In this document: positions 42,641 to 59,807 of the stretch, one piece after another
Position numbering within the stretch: position 1 is the first letter of the stretch
Layout of the letters: each line of letters begins with the position of its first letter
Assembly (NCBI RefSeq): GCF_006345805.1
Contig: NC_043015.1
Location: 25,854,001 to 25,918,000 of the forward strand
Length of the DNA: 64,000 nucleotides
Direction: 5' to 3'
DNA from: Octopus sinensis
Lineage: Eukaryota
Made by a program: the position numbers and the translations under genes
Notes under the pieces: generated by a model
What the model saw: the letters and a program-made list of their open reading frames with translations, nothing else
Told to the model about the DNA's origin: nothing
Databases searched by the model: none

Positions 42641-42959
42641 TGCGCCCGCCGAAACCCACCCCCACCACCAATACCAATACCGGATATCTCTCTATTCTCT
42701 CCCCTTCCCACCCTCTCTTAACTTCCCTCCCTTGTCCCTATGAAACGAAACGAAGCCAAATGCTGCTGCTGCTGCTGTTGCTGCTGCCATAACTACTGCT
42801 ATTACCACTGCCTCTGCTACTGCTGATAGTGATATTGCTGCTGTTACTACAGCTACTGCTGCTGATGATGATGATGAATATTAGTGGTTGAAAATAAATA
42901 TATAAAATAAACGTAGGCAAAAGAATGGAAAATCTAATAATAGTTTAACATTACTTGAA

Positions 42960-45900
42960 ACGGTAGTGGGTAGCGAACTTCTTCACTACGTCAGGGAGTG
43001 ACGACCCTGCCTGACACGAGTTCCGGGCTCAGCTGTCTCCGGCTGACAGTACCCGGTTTGGGCCCCTATCCTGGGTTACGGAAAGGAGTCAACCTTCAAA
43101 GAAATCCGGAGTGGAGCCCCGAAGGCAGTCTAGTGTTCGACTCGACACTCTTCCGGCAGCGCCTGCAACCAAGCTGGTGCCAAACGTAATGCACTGTACT
43201 CCACTGGACTACATCAGCAAGGTCGAGAGAGGAAACCCGACGATTGGGCTACCCAAGACTTTCTTATCTATAGCCCAGGCCTGCGCAAAACTGGAGAGGA
43301 CACTTCAGTGCTGCTGTAAAAAGCTGCAGAAACAACACTGCAGGTAATAGTCACGAGTGATAAGTCCATTCAGATTGGCGTAAAATATGGGCGCTACGGG
43401 TTACCTCTGACGGTGGGAGGGACCTCCGTGTCCTATTGGTTAGCTACTGCCCACCTCAAGCTGGGCAGCCCCCAGTTAATAAGGTGCTGACCCGCCACAG
43501 GCCACCTGCTCCATTGGGTGCTTGGAGCTAAAGCGGCCTGCAACCTCTGCACCAGGCAAGCAACTAAAAGTCAAGAAAACACCAGTTCTGTGGTTGGCAA
43601 GCTGGAATGTCAGGACCATGTGTCCTGGAATATCTGATGATCTTCTCAGGATTGAAGACACAAGGAAAACGGCCATCATTGACCGTGAACTAAAGAGGCT
43701 CAACATAGATATTGCTGGGCTGCAGGAGACAAGACTTCCCTCAAACGGCAAACTCAAAGAGCAGGATTTCACCTTCTTTTGGCAGGGAAGCGATCCAGAA
43801 GAACCTCGTCAACATGGCGTTGGCTTTGCAGTGAGAAACTCACTACTCTCCTCAATAGAACCACCATCAGGAGGCACTGAGCGTATCCTCTCACTGCGCC
43901 TCTCGACTTCTTCTGGCTCAGTACATCTACTCAGCATCTATGTTCCCACTCTCTACAGCTCAGAGGAGACCAAGGACCAGTTCTACAAAGATCTCAACTG
44001 TGTCATAGAAAATATACCAACGACTGAAAATATCTACCTTCTAGGGGATTTTAACGCTCGCGTGGGATCTGACCATGATTCGTGGCCCATTTGTGTTGGA
44101 CACTTTGGTATTGGCAACATGAATGTCAATGGTCAGAGACTACTCGAATTCTGCACATACAACTTGTGCATCACAAACACATTCTTTACCAACAAGCCAT
44201 CCCACAAGGCATCCTGGAGACATCCAAGATCTCACCACTGGCATCAGCTGGATGTCATCGTTACACGGAGATCCTTTCTGAATTCTACTCTATTGACCCG
44301 CAGTTACCACAGCGCGGATTGTGACACAGACCACTCACTAATTAGAAGTAGGGTGAGGATTCTGCCTAAAAAAGTCCATCGCTCCAAGAAAGTGGGCCGA
44401 CCACGCATCAACACCGCCAGAACCTCGGACCCTACACTGCGAAAATGTTTTGCTGCTTCTATCAAGGTTGCCCTCAGTAGCTGCCAAACCTCCTCTGCTG
44501 GAAAGTAGGTGGGACTATATCATGGAAGCCTTGTATACGACATCAATAGATACTTTCGGCATGAGAGAAAGGCAAAACCCAGATTGGTTCAATGCTGGGC
44601 TCTCAGAGCTGGAGCCAGTTATCGAAGCAAAGCGTGCAGCTCTGATGCAATACAAGAGTGACTCTTCTACAAAGTCACTCGAAGAACTCAGAAAGGCACG
44701 AAATAAAACCCAACTGACAGCCAGATGCTGTGCAAATAGGTATTGGCAGGAAATCTGTCAGAGTATCCAGTCAGCTGCTGATAGGGGCGACACCCGTCAT
44801 CTATAGCAGAGCTCACCAGGGCTGTTGACTCCCTAGCAAGAAATAAGGCTCCGGGAAAAGACGGCATCCCCTCAGAGATCATCAAAGCCGGCAAAAACAC
44901 CATCCTGCTTCGGCACCTTCATGAGCATCTGTGTCAGTGCTGGGAAGAGGGTACAGTCCCTCAGGATATGTGGGATGTTAACATCATTACGCTTTACAAT
45001 AACAAAGGTGACCGTGGTGATTGTAACAATTACCGTGGTATATCCCTTCTAAGCACTGTTGGAAAGACCTTTGCCTGCGTTATCCTGGCCAGGCTACAAC
45101 TACTTGCTTCTCGAATCTACCCGGAATCGCAGTGTGGCTTTAGAAGAATCAGATCAACTATCGATATGATATTCTCCATACGCCAACTCCAGGAGAAGTC
45201 CAGAGAGCAGAAAATGCCATTATATAGGGCCTTCATTGATCTAACAAAGGCTTTTGACTCGGTAAGCAGAACAGGCCTCTTCATCCTGCTCCAAAAAATC
45301 GGATGTCCACCAAAGCTGCTGAGGATCATCAAGTCTTTCCATGATGACATGCAAGGCACCATACAGCACAACGGTTCAACATCAGCCGCCTTCCAAATAA
45401 AAAACGGGGTAAAGCAAGGTTGTGCACTCGCTCCTACATTGTTTCGCATCTTCTTCTCGCTCTTACTTTCACATGCCTTTCAGACATCAGACGATGGAGT
45501 GTTTCTGCACAGTAGAAGTGACGGGAAACTTTTCAATCTCTCGCACCTGCGTGCCAAGACCAAACGTCCTGATCAAGGAGATGTTATTTGCTGATGATGC
45601 CGCTCTGGTAACACACAGAGAAGAAGACCTCCAAAGGCTCATTAACTGTTTTGAGCAAGCATGTAACGACTTTGGCTTAGCTATCAGCCTTAAGAAGACC
45701 AACATCACGGGCCAGGCTACATCGGACATCCCAAACATACATATTGGAGACCACAGATTACAAGAGGTGGAGAAGTTTACCTATCTGGGATATACCGTCA
45801 CCTACAACCTATCCCTTGACGCTGAGCTCAATATACGCATTGGCAAGGCAGCTGCTGCGATGGCCCAACTCTCCGAACGGGCTTGGGACAACAATAAGCT

Positions 45901-46605
45901 GACCAAGACCACGAAAATGAAGATCTACCAGGCATATGTACTCAGCACTCTACTGTATGGAATTGAGACCTGGACGCTATACACACGCCAAGAGCGTCGC
46001 CTAAACATCTTTCACCTGCGCTGCCTCCGAAAAATCCTCCGCATCAAATGGCAGAATCATATCCCCAACAAAGATGTCCTCAGGCAAGCAGGAATACCAA
46101 GCATATTTGCACTCCTCACACAAAGACGTATGAGATGGCTTGGGCATGTTAGCCGTATGAAAGATGGCAGAATCCCCAAGGACATACTCTACGGAGAGCT
46201 TTCTAGGGGTACTAGGTCTGTGGGTAGACCGATCTCTTACGTTACAAGGATGTTTGCAAAAGGGACATGAAGGCCTGCAACATCAATATTAGAGGTTGGG
46301 AGGCAGTTGCCGGCAACCGTGGAGAATGGCGACGTACCGTAAAAGAGGGAATACAAAGGAGTGACAGAGAGAGAGAGGAGAAATGGAAAGAAAAGAAAAG
46401 ACGCCAACAAGAGACTATGGCATTACAACCAGCCAGGAACAGTCTTCGCTACATTTGCGGTACCTGCCAGAGGGAGTGTTTGTCCAGGATAGGACTACAC
46501 AGCCACAGCAGGAAATGTATCAGGACATGAAATATAAAAGCCTGACTAGACTACTCTATGCGCAACTCCATTGTCTCCCGAGACAGAAAGGATGCCAACC
46601 AACAA
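42960..46605 (+). mobile_element. RTE-clade LINE, near full length, disrupted
   Basis: The APE domain (ASWNVRT, GLQETR, LLGDFNARVG, SDCDTDH) lies in 43522-44508. The RT (YRGISLL, QCGF, FIDLTKAFD, GVKQGCALAP, LFADD) lies in 44968-45700. A C-terminal CxxC..H..H motif (YICGTCQRECLSRIGLHSH) is present. The 3' stem-loop TGTCTCCCGAGACA is followed by AGGATGCCAAC. Lesions: one stop, one deletion and at least two frameshifts. The 5' end is approximate. Confidence 0.93.
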
Positions 46606-48325
<1,720 letters not shown>

Positions 48326-48469
48326 GTATGTATGTATGTATGTATGTATTATAATATAACAAACGAAGGGGAAAAAACGATTCCTTCAAAGGGTGCAAAA
48401 CATCCAATTCACTTGTACGGCAGATGAATACCAAAGAAGTAGAGGTATAAATGCAAATTACTAATTATA

Positions 48470-48715
48470 AATTAAATAGAGAGATGAAATTGACAATCGA
48501 ACAATTTATTACATTATGATATAATATAATATAATATAATATAATATACAATAAAATATAAAGATACGATAATATAATAAATTTAAAAAAAAATAAAACC
48601 AACAATTTGTTACGACTTGTATACAATATTTGATTTATAAACAATTCATATCTATGTATACAAGCCTCTTCAGGACCTTGATTCAAAAAGACAGACAATA
48701 AAATTCAAATGGATA
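48470..48715 (-). mobile_element. pLTR-like repeat with hammerhead-like core (copy 1)
   Basis: The minus strand reads CTGAAGA GGCTTGTATACA..TGTATACAAGTC GTAA. It is homologous (roughly 80% by eye) to 50530-50770. Confidence 0.55.
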
Positions 48716-48856
48716 AATTAAGAAAATTTATAACTGTCAAAAAATGTTTTTATGTATCTCCAGTAATATTAATCTAAGTGTATTTAAATAGAAAGTAATC
48801 ACTGGCCATTTCAATGATATATAATAATAATAATAATGATAATAATAATAATAATA

Positions 48857-48892
<36 letters not shown>

Positions 48893-48893
<1 letters not shown>

Positions 48894-49130
48894 CAGGAAA
48901 CCCCAAAATGGCAGAAATTCAAAAGATAGTGCTCATGGGAACTGCTCATATCCTACGCAAAATACTCTCTATGTAATCCCAAGGTTTAAAACAAACTTTT
49001 TTTATTTATTTATTTATTTATTTTTTTTTTTTTATGTATTAGACATTCACTAGTACAACACCAAGAAAAAAAAAACCCCAAATATATGGCACAGAACTTC
49101 CAACCATAGTTTGTTTCTTTCTCAATTAGG
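48893..49130 (+). mobile_element. 5'-truncated R4/Dong-like LINE 3' end
   Basis: PGNPKMAEIQKIVLMGTAHILRKILSM* is homologous to the C-terminus IQKIALLSTAHILRRTLSIQ of the element at 59808-63423. It begins right after (AAT)n at ~48832-48892. Confidence 0.75.
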
Positions 49131-50529
49131 ACTATATCTGGCTTCCTATTCTCAATCTCGTGGTCGCATTATTATCATCAAAGTCATCGTCATCATTAAT
49201 TTAAAAATTAAATCAATTTATAAATGCATAATTATTTAGCATAACGAAGATAGTTTACTTAAGATTAATGATAAATATTTAACTACGAATATAATGGTAC
49301 ATCCCACAGTCAATACAAATTGTTCGCTTGAACTTAATATGAAATATTATGAATTACTCCACTAAAAAATTATTTTTCATATGAGCACATACAATTTAAA
49401 AAATTTAAATAACAAACCTTCAGTTTTAACACAAGAAAATTACAAAGGATTCAGTATAAATATAAAACCTTGTTTTTTCTCAAGCAATAAATTGCAGTTA
49501 CAATGAGGAACTTGTACATCGTTCATCATAATAAATAAATAAATAATCTGTCCTCAATGTAGTTTCGTTAAGTAATGTTATCAAATTATATACTTAGGTA
49601 TATTTATTCATACATGCCTTTATTTTATTTATCCATTATGAAATATACATGTGTACAAAATAAATGCGCGCCCGCACACACACACACATACACATATCTA
49701 TATACATATATATAGAAATATACACATGCATATACATATCTATACACATATATACACAGTTATACATATAGATATACACACATATATACAATATAAACGT
49801 TAAAACCCTCAAAGACAGGTATATATATATATATATTATATATATATATATGCATACATATTCCAATATACACACATAGATATGCATGTATACATATATA
49901 TACACAGAGCTTCTATACATATTGCAATTTTCTAATTTTGTTACTTCTGAAAGAATATTTTTTTATATTTATTTATAGATTGCTGTCTCTTTATCTGAGA
50001 AAAAATATAGATTATAATTATCGTAGGCCTTTGTCTCTTGGATGTTTTAATTTGCGGAGTCCTCTCTTCGATAATCTACGTAAATAACGTCAATTATTTG
50101 TTAGTTACTCTGAACAATCTTTGTTAGTCACAATAGATAAATGAGAGGGGTATTATGTATTATCATTACAAATAATTTATATATTTTCTTTGAGTAATAA
50201 TAAATATGTTAGTTGATATACTAGAAATACGTTCTTTTGAACATCTATACACATATTTACAGAATAAATATGGTTTTATACGATTAATCTGTCAATAAAA
50301 CTAAGTAAGGTTCTGATATTTTATTTATATATTTATATATCATTACATTTAAATTATTATTATTGGAGATATATAAAAACATTTTTTGAACATTATAAAT
50401 TTTCTTTTCTTAGTTTGCCCATTTGAATGCTGTTGTTCTTTTGTTGTACTTAGGTATATGAATAGTTAACGCTCACATCCTGACATAAGTATTTTGAATC
50501 AGTATTATGCAATCTGGCAGGCCTTTTAC

Positions 50530-50770
50530 ATGGAATTTTATCTGTCTTTTCGAACCAAGGCCCCGAAGAGACTTGTATACATAGATATGAATTTTTTATA
50601 AATCAAATATTGTATCTAAGTCGAAACAAATCTTTGACTTTATTTGTTTTGTTTTCTTTTTTAAATTGGTTATATTATCTTACATTATATTATATTATAT
50701 ATTATATATTATATTATAATGTAATAAATTGTTAGATTGTCAATTGTATTTCTCTATTTAATTTATTATA
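50530..50770 (+). mobile_element. pLTR-like repeat with hammerhead-like core (copy 2)
   Basis: CCGAAGA (50563-50569), then GACTT..AAGTC, then GAAA (50623-50626). It is inverted relative to copy 1. Confidence 0.55.
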
Positions 50771-50779
50771 ATATATTCT

Positions 50780-50995
50780 TTTATTCTTTTACTTGTTTCA
50801 GATATTTGACCGCAGCCATGCTGGATCACCGCCTTTAGTCTAGCAAATCGACCCCAGGACTTATTCTTTGTAAGCCTAGTACTTATTCTGTTGATGTCTT
50901 TTGTCGCACCACTCATTTACGGGGACGTAAACGCACCAGCATCGGTTGTAAATCGATGTTGGGGAGACAAACAGGCATATACACACACACACCAC
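50780..50995 (-). mobile_element. SINE 3' half (same family as 40-370)
   Basis: CCATGCTGGATCACCGCCTTTAGTC..AAATCGACCCCAGGACTTATTCTTTGTAAGCCTAGTACTTATT aligns with 60-140. Confidence 0.8.
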
Positions 50996-51499
50996 ACAGC
51001 CATTTCCGCGCCTATGCATACAGACATAAAAATGCATACACATGCATACAGACATAAAAATATTTATGCATGTATGCAGGCGTGTATGTTTGTATGTGTG
51101 TGATTGTATGTATGAATGTATGTACATATGCATGTGCGTGTGTGCATATATCACATGATCAAGTTTTTAAAATGCGGCCACAATGAGACACAAAACGAAA
51201 GGATTTTCTCGATCATATCAACCAAATTTCAGTCTGGTTCCGTCTGTCATTTTTTGCCGAAACACAGTAGCAACTTCAACATTTGTTGAATTTGAACTTC
51301 GCTCATATATCCCGCAACTCAATGCTGAAAAGCATTTCGTCTGGCAACGACGACACTGTCATTATACTTATACGTCTTAATTAAAAAGCGAAAGATGAAA
51401 AATGTCGTCTCCCCAAACCATAAAGTAATAAAAAGTCTTATAAAAAAGAACTTTTATGCATACTAACATATATTTCTATGTATATGTGCGCATATTTTA

Positions 51500-55670
<4,171 letters not shown>

Positions 55671-56638
55671 AAACACTCGTGCCTGATCTTATGTAATTAT
55701 ATTACCACTTCTAAATATTAATGTCTTCATGTCTAATGTACAAATGCATAGCAATATTACTTCTGTACTTATTTTATTTTAAAGTCGGTGAGCATTGCAT
55801 TATATTAAATGAGGTCGAGTTTGCCTTTTAATCCACGCAGGGTCAGTAATGTAATTACTAGTTGAGGACTGTAGCCAACGTTATCGACAATAGACATTCG
55901 TCAGTTTTGCGATCTTCTAAGCATCAATATCTAACGTGGATTAATTGCAATAGAAATACACCCTTTATAATTTGTGTCAACATTCCGTTGGCATCTAATA
56001 GTATAATTCCCTTTATATGAACAATATACAAGAGATCTAAGCACTGTTTGTACAATATGAGGCAGTGAAAGCTAAGCATAGCATAGCTTCAGTTTCGAGT
56101 TCAGAGACTTGGTCGCTTAATTATACAGCGCCATTTTCTCTGTGCCTATAATCAAACCAAGTAGACATCTAACAAAACTGTTTCGTATCAGATGTTTGTT
56201 TTACATGAGATAACACCCTCCACAACACCATTCACCTCTCTTTATGCTCACCCTAAAACCTTTACGGCGAAAGTTCGATACGTTGTGGGTTATGTCAGAT
56301 GACAAAATGATATTTGCATAAATGGCATATGTCCTAGTGTGCCTCGATGTCCCTCGATGTCCCTCGAAGTGCCACCTTTTCTTGTTTTCTGAATCTTGGC
56401 CTTTAATGATTTACAGCGGAATATTGATTGGCTGCGAGTTGTTGTGCTTATGGAAGGAGAACTGGGGAAATTGATATGTGCGTATGGGGAGGATACCATT
56501 CCTTCGCTGTCAGACATGAGACACAGCGTTAGTTAAAAACAACTGCGAAGTAGCTATATTGGGCAGGTAGTAAACCATTGTTTTTTCGCTGGATAAAGTT
56601 CTCGGGATTTGGTTTAGAGCTGTTCTTTATATATGTAT

Positions 56639-57783
56639 TGTTACGGAATCACCCGTCGTCGCCCGTCCCGAACGGCTCACACAAGTTCCGCCACGGAGCC
56701 CAAAGAGGCGGAGAGAGGAGAGGAGATACAACAACAACCACAACCTCAGCAGCACAGAGATACAGAGGCACAACCCGAGATACAACCCAAAGAGGCAAGG
56801 CAACAACTGGCAACACTGGCTTATATTCAAACAACAGTTTATACGACAATTACAATTGTTACAACATCAAGATACATCAAAGCATGCACGTGACTACTCA
56901 ATACATAATACAACAGATCAACGCATAATACAACATCATGTAACAATTCAAGAGTGCACGTCCCAAGACAACAGTTCTTTAAAGTCTCTTCCTAAACATC
57001 ACAATCAACAAGTCCTTTACTCTTCTTCTTCACAATGTCCTTTATCGACCACATCGACAGAGTCCTTCTTTTTCTCTTTCTTTTCTTTTACAGTCTCTTT
57101 ACCTCGTGACACATATCAATGCACAAACACATACCTCAATTCCTAATTGAATCTGCCAGTGTCCCATTCCTCTCAATACTGCTAATTCCTCTGAATACTG
57201 CTAATTCCCTTCTGCGCCGCCAAGCTTTCTCGCATCCAACTTGCTCCTAAGAATTCCAACGCTTGCTCCTTAAATCCAAGGTCCGTCTGTCTTCTTCGAG
57301 GACCGGCCAGCGACCGCAAGATCCGTCCGTGTTCTTCGACGACCGCTCAACGACTGCCAAGACCTCACTTCGACTCTGTCCTTCTTCCACTCCCTCATCT
57401 CCCTCTGTACCGCTCATACCCTCTCTAACTGCCCTGCTCCCTTCCTGCCTATCTCTATCCTCAATCTGTCCCTTACTGCTTATCCTTTCTATTTGCCCTC
57501 TGCTCTTACTCTATCGCTATCGCCTACTGTCCCTTAGCCTCTCTATCTGCTCTCTTACTGCTTATACTCTATCTCTATCTGCTCTCAGATTCCCTTAATC
57601 TGTCTTCCTCTTCACTTCTTCACTGACCCTTTCTCGACCGGCACAAGGGCAAAGGTCCTTCCAAAACCCATTAAACAAGAACCTGTCACATTTTCACCAG
57701 ACATGATGGTGCCATTATTCCTATGTGGGTCAACAGAAACACTACACTAATTAAACCCGAAATGCACTTAGCCAACCGTAACA
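56639..57783. mobile_element. Solo LTR (Gypsy-like), 1145 bp
   Basis: The termini TGTTACGG...CCGTAACA form a perfect 8-bp inverted repeat. A 4-bp TSD GTAT lies at 56635-56638 and 57784-57787. Confidence 0.8.
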
Positions 57784-57829
57784 GTATTATATAATATAAA
57801 TATATAATACATAAATATTTATATCGGTG

Positions 57830-58050
57830 TGTCTTTATGTTTGTGCCATATTTGTTCCACCGCCCCACCGCTTGACAACAGGTTTTGGTCAGATTATGAC
57901 TCCGTAAGATAGTGGTGCGACAAAAAGAGAATGATCGATTTTATCTTAAAAATTACTGGCTCGATTTGATGGACAAAATCCTTGAGAGGCAGTGCTCCAG
58001 CATGACCGCAATCCAGTGAGTGGAACAAGTAAAAGGTGAAAAAGACTCCA
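57830..58050 (+). mobile_element. SINE 3' half
   Basis: CCGCTTGACAAC..CTCCAGCATGACCGCAATCCAGTGAGTGGAACAAGTAAAAG is the reverse orientation of the 50780 copy. Confidence 0.65.
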
Positions 58051-58076
58051 ACATACAAATACATGCATACATACGT

Positions 58077-58212
<136 letters not shown>

Positions 58213-58552
58213 ACATACCTACATATATGTATACGCAACATAGACAATGTTATGCGATTGTTTACTCCGTGATAATATAATGTATAGTGGGAAAAAAAGC
58301 AGGATTGAATTCTATTCTGTGGAGATGCTTAACATTAGTCAAAGATTTCAAAACACTGAAGAAATATTGGCATTCTATCAGCTTTAAAAGATATTTTGAA
58401 ACACTTATGTATCTGGATGTTTGCCTAAATATTAACATGGTTCATTGAATATTATTTCGGCTTAGAATAATAGCTCTCTATCTCATTGTTTGTATTGTTA
58501 ACGCTTTAAGTTTGTTATATTATCTTTCGTTCTATTTTTGTTTTTGTTATTC

Positions 58553-58750
58553 AGGCGCTGACCGGACAGAATCGATAGATCGCCGGTGAAAATGATTAGT
58601 GGCATTTCGTGCGTCTTTACGTTCTGTGTTCAAATTCCGGCGAAGTTACTTTGCCTTTCATCCGTTCGAAGTCGATAAAATAAGCACCAGTGAACCACTG
58701 GGATCGACTAGTCCCACCTCCCATAAAAGTTCAGGCCTTGTAGAAAGGAT
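58553..58750 (+). mobile_element. tRNA-derived SINE, second family
   Basis: B-box GTTCAAATTCC at 58628-58638, followed by TTTGCCTTTCATCC..GTCGATAAAATAAGCACCAG. Confidence 0.7.
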
Positions 58751-58859
58751 AAAATAACTACCAGTGGAAAAGTTTGGTCGCTGTAATAGATCAGCACCCC
58801 TCCCCTTCAAATTGCTGGCCTTGTACCAGTATTTGAAACCACTATTAGTGTTACTCAGC

Positions 58860-59030
58860 CGAACAACTGACAGACCCGTTAGCATGTCAGAGTAAATATT
58901 TAGCCTTATTTCCTATGCCTTTAAGCTCTGAGGTCAAACTCCAGCGTGGTCGACTTTACTTTTCATCTTTTCAGGTTTCAGGAAATAAACACTAGGTTGA
59001 CGTAATCGAAGATCTCCTCCCGCAAATTTA
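58860..59030 (+). mobile_element. Second, more diverged copy of the same SINE
   Basis: CTGACAGACCCGTTAGCATG..GAGGTCAAACTCC..GTCGACTTTACTTTTCATC parallels 58553-58700. Confidence 0.55.
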
Positions 59031-59086
59031 AGAGTTTGAGTCTAGAGTACAAAAATATTATCATTATTATTATTATTATTATTATT

Positions 59087-59628
59087 GAGTGAGAGAGCAG
59101 TGCATGCCATCAAAGTGACACTGGGGTAAAATATAAGAAGCCCAGTATACCCATCATGACTACCCGTCTGATAAGGGTACACCAGGCACATGCATCACAA
59201 CCATATGTGCGCGACGTGATGATCTCATATCAAGATAAACAGCACATGACCTTGTAGGTGGGGCCCAGTTAGAATTTTCTTCTGGTCGAGTAACCCATCC
59301 TGCTCAAAAGGTCCCTGAGTAAGGGTTGTTTAAGGATGTTGAACGAAACACCCATGTTTCCAGAGGTGAATTATTCAAACCCCAAAGAATCCCTCTCAAC
59401 ACATGGCTATGATACTCCCCCACTACTTCTGCTCGTGATCGCCAGCCACTAAGGGACATGCTCAACTGGTTAAGGTGAAACAAGTGACAAGCAAATCTGT
59501 GGTATTGAGCAGAATATTTGCTGTAGCCCATTTTTTATACCAAGACAAAACAATGTACATGATAACACTTCCAATCAGTTAAGATCAGAAGCCTGAGAAC
59601 CACTGCCTGGTACTGCATCAGGGCATTT
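59087..59628 (-). mobile_element. ~540-bp non-coding interspersed element bounded by (ATT)n on both sides
   Basis: A complex-sequence block with sharp edges sits between (ATT)n at 59063-59086 and 59629-59807. I recall it as a high-copy octopus repeat. The orientation is inferred, not shown. Confidence 0.6.
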
Positions 59629-59666
59629 ATTATTATTATCATTACTATTATTATTATTATTATTAA

Positions 59667-59791
<125 letters not shown>

Positions 59792-59807
59792 TATTATTAT
59801 TATTATT

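Noticed and set aside
56295-56520. Possible short LTR (TGTCAGA...CAGACA)
   Set aside because: The termini are not inverted and there is no TSD.
59605-59625. CCTG-ATGCAGTAC-CAGG hairpin (minus strand) resembling U2 snRNA stem-loop IV
   Set aside because: The loop lacks a nucleotide of AUUGCAGU, and no other U2 sequence is present.
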